The notes under the pieces: generated by a model
Told to the model about the DNA's origin: nothing
The model's database searches: none
The model's input: only the letters and a program-made list of their open reading frames with translations
Part shown: positions 20,201 through 27,214 of the stretch, one piece after another
Layout: every line of letters begins with the position of its first letter
Position numbering within the stretch: the first letter of the stretch is position 1
NCBI RefSeq assembly: GCF_018398935.1
Contig: NZ_CP074694.1
Location: 60,001 to 92,000, forward strand
DNA: 32,000 nt
Source: Telmatocola sphagniphila
GTDB taxonomy: Bacteria > Planctomycetota > Planctomycetia > Gemmatales > Gemmataceae
Reading direction: 5' to 3'
Program-made: the position numbers and the translations under genes

Positions 20201-21238
20201 GTGTTCCCCACAAAGACACGCTTTCGGAAATTTGAAATCGCGCCGCTAGCCCGGCTGTTGGCGAAAAATGGCCCGGGCCGCGTCGCGCGCGGGCTGATCG
20301 GGTTCTTACTCGGTTTGGCGGTGGTCTTTTCAATAGGGGAACTCTTTCTTCAGATTTTCCCGCCGAACGATATTCAGATTTTCCTCGGCAATCAGGCCAG
20401 CGGCTCCGGAATCTATAAGCCGGATCGGGCGCTGGGAGCGGATTATCGATCCTGGGCGGAATTCGAGAAAGATAATTCGCTTCGCCTCGCGGAATATCTT
20501 CCCCTTGAGAAATTGAAGCAGGGCAATCCGGTCTGGGCCTTCTTTGGAAACTCTTTCATTCAGATGCAGGGCATGCTGGGCGATACGGCTCGCGCGACAG
20601 TCACTGACAAGCGAATCTTTTATCTCGGCAAAAACGAAACGATCAATCTCCGCTTTGCCCAAATCCGCTTACTGTTGGAGAATGGGCTCCAACCCGAACG
20701 CATTTTCATTGAATTGATGCCGCTCGACAGCGTTCCGCTCGGGCAGCATCCCCTGGGCGATTACCGGGTGAATGATCGGGGAGTGATTACCTACCGCTCG
20801 CCTTTGCCTGGGGGATTGCATTCGACATTACTGGGTGAAAGTCGGCTGCTTCTGGCTGGCTGGATGCGGTTCGCGAAACCGATTCCCAATGCGAATACCT
20901 ATGGCCGGCAATTGAACGACCGAATCCCGGTGGAACTGCAGGAACAGTATGCACAACTCTTTCAGGAACTGGCCGAGGTGACCAGTCGGCGGAATATCCC
21001 GATCACGTTACTTTTGATTCCGACACACGAGCAGATCGTCAAAGGGGCGGGCTGTGCCTATCAGGATGCGATGACTCAACTGGGTCAGCAGTTTGGTTTC
21101 GATATCTGCGATTTTCGAAATTCGTTCCAGGACGAGCCGGATAAAGCTTCTCTATTTATTCCCGACAAACATTTCTCGCCGCGCGGGAACGAGATTCTGC
21201 TGAGAGAACTGCTGGCGCATCTGCGAGGGCGATCATGA
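20201..21238 (+). CDS. Membrane-anchored SGNH/AlgJ-DltD-like protein, the probable partner of the downstream MBOAT
   Basis: The track ORF starts at 20102 and overlaps the SDR gene. A GTG at 20201 with GGAG 9 nt upstream gives a basic N-terminus and one transmembrane anchor (GLIGFLLGLAVVFSIGELFL). Candidate catalytic blocks are VWAFFGNSFIQ (GNS, block I-like) and IPDKHFSPRGNEIL (Asp-x-His, block V-like). Its stop codon overlaps the MBOAT start codon (ATGA at 21235-21238). Confidence 0.6.
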   Translation: MFPTKTRFRKFEIAPLARLLAKNGPGRVARGLIGFLLGLAVVFSIGELFLQIFPPNDIQIFLGNQASGSGIYKPDRALGADYRSWAEFEKDNSLRLAEYLPLEKLKQGNPVWAFFGNSFIQMQGMLGDTARATVTDKRIFYLGKNETINLRFAQIRLLLENGLQPERIFIELMPLDSVPLGQHPLGDYRVNDRGVITYRSPLPGGLHSTLLGESRLLLAGWMRFAKPIPNANTYGRQLNDRIPVELQEQYAQLFQELAEVTSRRNIPITLLLIPTHEQIVKGAGCAYQDAMTQLGQQFGFDICDFRNSFQDEPDKASLFIPDKHFSPRGNEILLRELLAHLRGRS

Positions 21239-22680
21239 ACTTCACGGATCGCGCTTTCTTCTACTATTTTGTGGCCGTCTATTTCGTCTGGTTGCTGATT
21301 CGCCGTCGGGAAGATTGGACGATCCCGTTTCTGCTCGTCGCCAGTCTGGTTTTTTACGGGAATAACCACTGGTCCCTGCTGCCGCTATTGATCGTATTCT
21401 GTCTGATTGACTGGATAATTGCCCGCCGGATGGAAATCAGTTTCCGGCCGAAGCGCTGGCTGATACTGGGTATCAGCTTCAACCTGCTGATCCTGGCCTA
21501 TTTCAAATACACGCCGATGCTGGTGGAAACGTTCACCAGTCTTTTCGGGGGTCCGCCGCGGAATTTCGATAACTGGAAGATTCCCTACGGGATTTCCTTC
21601 TATTCCTTCACCGGGATTGCGTATCTGGTCGACGTTTATCGCAAAACGAATCCCGCCATGCAGAGCCTGGCGCGGTATTCGCTCTCGGCCGCGTTTTTCC
21701 CGCATCTGGTAGCCGGTCCCATTCTGCGACCTCATGAGTTTTTAAACGATCTGAACCCCGGTCGAATGCCGCGGGAGCCCCTGGCCCCTCGGGAGGCCTG
21801 CTTTCTTGTTGCTCGCGGCTTCTTCAAAAAGCTGGTGGTGGCCGATCGTATTGCCTTGGCGATCGATCCCTTCTTTGCCCACGTCGGCGATGGCACGACA
21901 GCGGGAGTCTGGTCGCTTCCGTACATCTACCTTTATGCGTTCCAGATCTACTTCGATTTCTCAGCCTACACCGATATTGCACGTGGTTTAGCTCTCTTAT
22001 TCGGTTATCGCTGGCCGGAGAATTTTAATCGGCCTTATCTCGCCACTTCAGTAGCAGAGTTCTGGCACCGCTGGCACATTACGCTTAGCCGGTTTTTGAG
22101 AGACTATCTGTTCATTCCCTTAGGGGGCAGCCGCTGCGGCTTCTGGAAAACCAATCGCAATCTCATGATCACCATGTTGCTGGGGGGTCTCTGGCACGGG
22201 GCCAATTGGTCGTTCATGATCTGGGGAGGGCTGCATGGCTCGTTCCTCGTTCTGCATCGGCTCTGGTCGCGAATACCGCTGCGAGGAAAATTGCAAAATC
22301 TGAACGGGACTGCCGGGGTAGTCTGGAAGCTCGTCTGCATTCTGCTGACCTTTCATGCGATCTGTCTGGCGTGGTGTTTTTTCCGCCTAACGGGCTGGCA
22401 GCAAAGCGTCGATTGCGTGCGCAAAGTTTTCGATTTCGACACTTCTCGCGGCTTTGTCGGCAATGCCTACGATCCGGCCGTCTGGTGGGCGCTTTTGGTC
22501 TATTTATTGTTGAGTTTGCTCGGCCAGAAGCTGACCGAAATTCGAGCTGTCGGATCTGGTGTTTTCGTGCCTTCCTGGAAACGCGGGATGGCGTGGGGAT
22601 TTGGTCTCGGTTGGATAATGCTGGCCATCCTGTTAGCGCCGGATGCCAGTACCCCCAACTTTATCTATTTCCAATTCTGA
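21235..22680 (+). CDS. MBOAT-family membrane-bound O-acyltransferase (AlgI/DltB/PatA-like)
   Basis: 481 aa and polytopic. Family blocks are ISFYSFTGIAYLVDVYR, FFPHLVAGPI, FQIYFDFSAYTDIARG, SVAEFWHRWHITLSRFLRDYLFIPLGG, and the catalytic-His block MLLGGLWHGANWSFMIWGGLHG. Confidence 0.9.
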   Translation: MNFTDRAFFYYFVAVYFVWLLIRRREDWTIPFLLVASLVFYGNNHWSLLPLLIVFCLIDWIIARRMEISFRPKRWLILGISFNLLILAYFKYTPMLVETFTSLFGGPPRNFDNWKIPYGISFYSFTGIAYLVDVYRKTNPAMQSLARYSLSAAFFPHLVAGPILRPHEFLNDLNPGRMPREPLAPREACFLVARGFFKKLVVADRIALAIDPFFAHVGDGTTAGVWSLPYIYLYAFQIYFDFSAYTDIARGLALLFGYRWPENFNRPYLATSVAEFWHRWHITLSRFLRDYLFIPLGGSRCGFWKTNRNLMITMLLGGLWHGANWSFMIWGGLHGSFLVLHRLWSRIPLRGKLQNLNGTAGVVWKLVCILLTFHAICLAWCFFRLTGWQQSVDCVRKVFDFDTSRGFVGNAYDPAVWWALLVYLLLSLLGQKLTEIRAVGSGVFVPSWKRGMAWGFGLGWIMLAILLAPDASTPNFIYFQF

Positions 22681-22710
22681 GAAGCTATTCCAATAGTTGG
22701 TAAGCAAAAA

Positions 22711-22729
22711 TCACGACTTATAATCGTGA
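22711..22729 (+). terminator. Hairpin 30 nt after the MBOAT stop codon (weak terminator candidate)
   Basis: TCACGA (22711-22716) pairs with TCGTGA (22724-22729) across a 7-nt loop (CTTATAA). AAAAA precedes it, but no T-run follows on the plus strand, so the call is weak. Confidence 0.2.
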
Positions 22730-22817
22730 AGAAATGTTGATCGAATCGCCGATGTGGTTATAATAGGGTTAGGTAATTGACTTCCGCTTCTCCCCGGAAT
22801 TTGTCCCGGTGAACGTC

Positions 22818-23294
22818 ATGGACCAATTCGTTGCTGAATGCTGTACCCCTTGTGCCGTACCCACGTGCGTACCGGTGAACAGCGTGTACACAGATTCCTA
22901 TCGGGAAATCGATTGCTTCAAATGGATTGAAAGCGAAAGGGCGGGCCGGGACTTGGGGGAAGTCGCCATTCGGGAATGGATCCGCCAGCACTGGAGCGGT
23001 TATCTTCGGGCTAAATGGCTTGAGCACCTGCAGGGCATCTGTTACTGGACGGAACTTGATCGCAACGACTTTGGGCTTCTGCATCGCGATTTCCGGGAAC
23101 ATCAATTACTACTCGATCGCATTATGGATCGGCTGAAAACGGGCGGCGAAAATCTGGATATTATTCGCTGGGCCCATTCCTGGGGAATACCACTCGAACC
23201 GGTGTTTCAGATTCTGGAAATGCTGGATATCAACAGTCGCCGTCTCGAACACAATTTTCAGGAAAAATGTCTGACCAATATCGGCACCAACTGA
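22818..23294 (+). CDS. Hypothetical protein (159 aa from the ATG at 22818) with an N-terminal Cys cluster, possibly DUF4032-like
   Basis: The track ORF begins at a GTG at 22809. The ATG at 22818 gives MDQFVAECCTPCAVPTCVP, followed by EIDCFKWIESERAGRDLGEVAIREWIRQHW. That KW-x-SE-x-AG-x-DLG motif reminds me of DUF4032, with low certainty. The gene is flanked by the two longest AT-rich spacers in this part of the window. Confidence 0.6.
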   Translation: MDQFVAECCTPCAVPTCVPVNSVYTDSYREIDCFKWIESERAGRDLGEVAIREWIRQHWSGYLRAKWLEHLQGICYWTELDRNDFGLLHRDFREHQLLLDRIMDRLKTGGENLDIIRWAHSWGIPLEPVFQILEMLDINSRRLEHNFQEKCLTNIGTN

Positions 23295-23533
23295 TAACTT
23301 CCCTTTCTATGATTGGCACTCTCATCTCCTAAAAAATCCTTTAGCTTACAGTTCTGACGAAGATAACCATTTTGCAACTTGTCGGAATGTCGACCCAGCC
23401 AGCAAATTGAAAAAAATCGAATGTCGAAAAATAGCTCATCGCGCTAAATGCGGATAATCGAATTGAGATTCGCGTTAAGAACCGGCATACTAGTACTTTA
23501 AGGTCGTCCTTTCCTTCCCGGAAGAGTCCAACC

Positions 23534-24469
23534 ATGATCCAGCGTCGCAGTCAGAACCGTCTTGGCTTCACGCTCATCGAACTTCTCGTAGTCATTGCGA
23601 TTATCGCCATTCTCATAGGCCTGTTGTTGCCCGCCGTGCAGAAAGTTCGGGAAGCGGCCGCTCGCGCCCAAAGTACTAACAATCTGAAGCAGATCGCTTT
23701 AAGTTTCCACTCTTTCAATGATGTTTACGGCTATCTGCCGCCCACTCTGGGTTGGAAGCCGATGCGCATGGAAAATGGGGTTTGCGGCTCCGCGCTGTTC
23801 TACTCGCTGCCATTCATCGAAGAGCAGAATCGCTACAACCAATCGTTTGGTCCATTGACGGGTCTCGTCGGTCCGATCCTGCCGGGTACCGAACATGTGG
23901 AACCGCCTAATGCCTGGCGGGGTGTTCGTACGGGTGGCCTGGTGAAATCCTTCGTGGCTCCGGCCGATCCGACCTCCATGTCGAATGACACACCGACCAG
24001 CTATTTCGTCAATCGCGAGGTCTTCACGGGCACGCTGAAAATCGAATTCATCGGGGATGGAACTTCCAATACCTTCCTCGTCGGCGAGGGCTACGTGAAT
24101 TGTCAGAACCCGGCCTTCGTCGAAGTTCGCGGCGGCCAATGGAATATCGGGGAAGTCATGGATTTCGACACGGCCGCCCCTTTGATGCCCGCTTCCGCCC
24201 CCTTACCCGGGAATAGCAACCCCTACGCCCCTTCGTTCGGTAGAAATCTGCCGACGGCGGGCCTTCCGACTCCTCCAACCATTCCGTTCCAGCCCCAACC
24301 GGCTCAAGGTACTTGCGATCACCGCTTACTCCAGGGGTTAACGGGAACGGTAGTCATGGTGGGACTGGCGGACGGCAGTGTGCGTAGCGTCACTCCCGCA
24401 ATCACCCTGACGACCTGGAACGCGGCCATCACCCCCAATGGCGGAGAGATTCTGGGTTCGGATTGGTAA
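23534..24469 (+). CDS. DUF1559-family protein with a prepilin-type N-terminal cleavage/methylation domain
   Basis: The N-terminus is [61 protein letters not shown]. The C-terminal [14 protein letters not shown] is H-X9-DG-like. This is a hallmark expanded family in Planctomycetota. Confidence 0.9.
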   Translation: MIQRRSQNRLGFTLIELLVVIAIIAILIGLLLPAVQKVREAAARAQSTNNLKQIALSFHSFNDVYGYLPPTLGWKPMRMENGVCGSALFYSLPFIEEQNRYNQSFGPLTGLVGPILPGTEHVEPPNAWRGVRTGGLVKSFVAPADPTSMSNDTPTSYFVNREVFTGTLKIEFIGDGTSNTFLVGEGYVNCQNPAFVEVRGGQWNIGEVMDFDTAAPLMPASAPLPGNSNPYAPSFGRNLPTAGLPTPPTIPFQPQPAQGTCDHRLLQGLTGTVVMVGLADGSVRSVTPAITLTTWNAAITPNGGEILGSDW

Positions 24470-24666
24470 AAATCGGTTAACGCCCGCTGAAATTTCTCAT
24501 CTTTCACATTCGCCCTCTTTTAAACCTTTGAAGTTGAATCATCTGGTCCGGTTTTGCCGATAAATCTAAGGGGTATTCGCTTGAGATTAGTCTGCTCCGG
24601 GAAATTCCCCCGGGTAGGAATCCAGCCCGTTGGGTAAATTGAATAGATCGTTCTGGAGGATATCCC

Positions 24667-25509
24667 ATGCGTTCCATTCGCCTATTTTCCCCGCTGGCCG
24701 CGCTTCTCGTTTTTGCCCAACTCGGCAGCGCTCAAACTCGACCTACTGTTGGCCCGAAACATTTCGCCGGCCCGTCGACTGCCGTCCCTGCACCGCTGGG
24801 AACCAAAGTTCCGGTAATCTTCTGGGATCGCAACCGACAGAGGGATTACGGCTACGGCTACGGTTACTCCGGCCTGGGTGTCGGAGTCAGCTTCGGCGTT
24901 GGCGGACTCTACGATCCGCTAGCAGTGGATCCCAGCACGGGTATCGGTGTGGGGGTCGGCTTTTGGGGCAACAACTACAACGGCTTTTATTCGAACGGCT
25001 TCAGCATGTACGGTCCGCCAGTGCCGACCTACGCTCCTATTCCCGGGATGTTCGGCGGAGCCGATCAACGCTTCCTCGGTAACAATCCAGGACCGCTCTT
25101 CAGCACGCCGTACACCAGCGGCGATTGGAAGTCGAGTAAACCAATTACCACTTCGCCGATCACTCCTCTGCCCGATCCGACTCAGCAACTGGTCCCGACT
25201 GTGCCCCTGCAGCAGATGCCGGCCACGCCGATAACGGACTTCCCAAAAGAGATTCCGCCGATTCCGGCCGTTGCCAGCCTGACCATGAATATCGTGGTTC
25301 CGGAAAATGCGCAGATTTACTTCGATGATGCCCTCACCAAGCAGACGGGTAAAGTACGATCGTTCGTTTCTCCCGAACAGAAACTCGGGGAAGTGCTGGA
25401 ATATAACGTGCGAGTGGAGTGGACGGAAGCCGGCGTGCCCTTGAGCAAACGAAGGAAAATTGCGGGTAAAGCCGGAGAACAGATCACAGTCGATTTCACC
25501 AAGGACTAA
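24667..25509 (+). CDS. Secreted Gly/Tyr-rich protein with a C-terminal TIGR03000 planctomycete domain
   Basis: A GGAGGA Shine-Dalgarno sits 8 nt upstream. The signal peptide is MRSIRLFSPLAALLVFAQLGSAQ. A low-complexity stretch follows (GYGYGYGYSGLGVGVSFGVGG). The C-terminus ASLTMNIVVPENAQIYFDDALTKQTGKVRSFVSPEQKLGEVLEYNVRVEWTEAGVPLSKRRKIAGKAGEQITVDF matches the TIGR03000 pattern as I remember it. Confidence 0.8.
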   Translation: MRSIRLFSPLAALLVFAQLGSAQTRPTVGPKHFAGPSTAVPAPLGTKVPVIFWDRNRQRDYGYGYGYSGLGVGVSFGVGGLYDPLAVDPSTGIGVGVGFWGNNYNGFYSNGFSMYGPPVPTYAPIPGMFGGADQRFLGNNPGPLFSTPYTSGDWKSSKPITTSPITPLPDPTQQLVPTVPLQQMPATPITDFPKEIPPIPAVASLTMNIVVPENAQIYFDDALTKQTGKVRSFVSPEQKLGEVLEYNVRVEWTEAGVPLSKRRKIAGKAGEQITVDFTKD

Positions 25510-26526
25510 TCAGCCCCCGATGGCGTGCATGGTCCGCTGCGGTTTCACGAAGCGGGCCGTGTTGATTTCATGCCCTTCCCATTTCTGCCGGACGGACTCA
25601 ATGATGATTTCCTGCAACCGGTGCGTATCTTGCTGAGAACGCAAAATCGATTTCACATCGACTTCGTCCAGAGCAAATAAACAATTGCGAAATTTTCCCT
25701 CGGCCGTTAATCGGATGCGGTTGCAATTCCGGCAGAAAGGTCGGGAGACCGAGGCGATAATTCCGATCCGGCCGCCGCCGTCGGCGTATTCGAAGTCCAT
25801 GGCCGGGCTACGAGGATCGTAATTCCGGGCCGGGCTGATGGGACCGAATTCGGACTCTAGAAGCTCCAGAATTTCGCTGGCGAAAAAGACTTTTTCCCGT
25901 TCCCAGTGATCCGCTCCGATTGGCATGTACTCGATGAAGCGCAATTCCAACTGATTTTCGCGGGCATAGCGAGCCAGCGGAATCGCATCCAGTTCAGTCA
26001 GCCCTCGAATGCTCACGGCGTTGATTTTGATGCTTTCATAACCTGCCTCCCGTGCCGCTTGAATCCCTTCGAGGACTTGGGACAGTCCTTTTCGACGAGT
26101 GACTTGTTCGAACCGCGACTCATCCAGTGTATCCAGGCTGATATTCAAACGCTTGAGGCCGGCCGCACGAAGAGACTGGGCCTGCCCGGCCAGGAGCAGG
26201 CCGTTGGTGCTGAGGCCCAGATCGTGGATTCCGGGAATTTGAAGCAGCAATCGAATCAAGCTGGGTAGTTCCCGCCGCAGCAGGGGCTCTCCACCGGTCA
26301 GCCGGATTTTATTCACCCCTAAAGGCTGTACGGCTGCGACGAATTTCTGAATCTCTTCAAAGCTCAGCAATTCGTCACGGTCGAGAAATTGCACATCCTC
26401 AGGCATGCAGTAGGTGCAGCGGAGATTGCAGCGGTCGGTGACGGAGATACGCAAGTTGTTGTGAATGCGACCGAAGCGGTCCACCAAAGGTACAGACGAT
26501 GATAGTGGAAGTTCGAAGGCACTCAT
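25510..26526 (-). CDS. moaA: GTP 3',8-cyclase (molybdenum cofactor biosynthesis protein A)
   Basis: The ATG at 26526 gives MSAFELP...VDRFGRIHNNLRISVTDRCNLRCTYCMPE (radical-SAM CxxxCxxC). Further blocks are IRLTGGEPLLR, LSTNG, NISLDTL, and the C-terminal second-cluster motif FCRNCNRIRLTAEGKFRNCLF. The 26527..26565 part of the track ORF is an unneeded extension. Confidence 0.95.
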   Translation of the reverse strand: MSAFELPLSSSVPLVDRFGRIHNNLRISVTDRCNLRCTYCMPEDVQFLDRDELLSFEEIQKFVAAVQPLGVNKIRLTGGEPLLRRELPSLIRLLLQIPGIHDLGLSTNGLLLAGQAQSLRAAGLKRLNISLDTLDESRFEQVTRRKGLSQVLEGIQAAREAGYESIKINAVSIRGLTELDAIPLARYARENQLELRFIEYMPIGADHWEREKVFFASEILELLESEFGPISPARNYDPRSPAMDFEYADGGGRIGIIASVSRPFCRNCNRIRLTAEGKFRNCLFALDEVDVKSILRSQQDTHRLQEIIIESVRQKWEGHEINTARFVKPQRTMHAIGG

Positions 26527-26533
26527 TGAAGTA

Positions 26534-26944
26534 TTATACCGGATGGACCCAATCCCCCTGACCATCCGGGGCGACTTCCTTCTTCCAAATGGGTACGATT
26601 TCCTTCAGCCGATCGATCAGATGGGCACAGGCTTCAAAGGCTTCCTTCCGATGGGGACAGCTGACGGCGACACCAACGGCCACCTCTCCCACACTCAAGG
26701 AACCGAGTCGGTGGACCATCGCCAGCTCCTGGATCGGCCAGCGCTGGCGGGCTTCCTGCTCCAGCTGATGCATTTTCGCCAGCGCCATCGGTTCGTGGGC
26801 CTGATACTCCAGAGTTTTCGTTCGAATCTCCCCGGTGAGTTCGCGGACGGTGCCGAGAAAAAGGACTAGCCCACCTGCGTTATTCGAGCGGACTTTCTCG
26901 AGGAGCAGAGACTGATCGATCGGGAGTTGTGTGAGTTCAATCAT
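26534..26944 (-). CDS. moaE: Molybdopterin synthase catalytic subunit
   Basis: 136 aa. MoaE blocks are GGLVLFLGTVRE, LEYQAHEPMALAKM, HRLGSLSVGEVAVGVAVSCPHRKEAFEACAHLIDRLKEIVPIWKKE. The gene lies 7 nt upstream of moaA and 15 nt downstream of the MoaD module. Confidence 0.9.
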   Translation of the reverse strand: MIELTQLPIDQSLLLEKVRSNNAGGLVLFLGTVRELTGEIRTKTLEYQAHEPMALAKMHQLEQEARQRWPIQELAMVHRLGSLSVGEVAVGVAVSCPHRKEAFEACAHLIDRLKEIVPIWKKEVAPDGQGDWVHPV

Positions 26945-26959
26945 GATAGGGAATTCCGA

Positions 26960-27214
26960 TCAACCGCCGCTGACCGGTGGGATAATACTCAGTTCATCTC
27001 CCGATCGGATCGCATACTCCTCGGTCACGAATTCGTTGTTCGCAGCAAATTTGGAATGCTGGATTAAAGGAGTCAGCGTCGGCCATCTCTCCCGCAGGAA
27101 CGAGCGGATATGCGCGATCGTCGAGCCCGGAGGAGTCGGCACCAACAGGAAATCGGTCTTGGCTTCCTCGCGGAAACGGGCGAACAGTTGCAGGGTGGAT
27201 TGATCGGCTTTCAC
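26960..27214 (-). CDS. moaD: MoaD/ThiS-family sulfur-carrier module. It is either the C-terminal domain of the ORF above or an independently initiated 84-aa product from the in-frame GTG at 27214.
   Basis: The translation is (V/M)KADQSTLQLFARFREEAKTDFLLVPTPPGSTIAHIRSFLRERWPTLTPLIQHSKFAANNEFVTEEYAIRSGDELSIIPPVSGG*. Length, the LFA-x-x-RE start, the AVN-x-EFV-like block and the terminal PPVSGG are all typical of MoaD. It sits immediately upstream of moaE. Confidence 0.75.
   Translation of the reverse strand: MKADQSTLQLFARFREEAKTDFLLVPTPPGSTIAHIRSFLRERWPTLTPLIQHSKFAANNEFVTEEYAIRSGDELSIIPPVSGG

Noticed and set aside
22758-23105. 115-aa minus-strand ORF
   Set aside because: It is antisense to the 159-aa Cys-rich gene, which has the more protein-like sequence and a conserved-looking motif.
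23341-23535. 64-aa minus-strand ORF in the spacer upstream of the DUF1559 gene
   Set aside because: It lies in an AT-rich promoter-like spacer, has no recognisable features, and overlaps the DUF1559 start codon.
24847-24867. Short tandem repeat (TACGGC)x3-like
   Set aside because: It simply encodes the (GY)n low-complexity stretch of the TIGR03000 protein and is too short to call a contingency locus.
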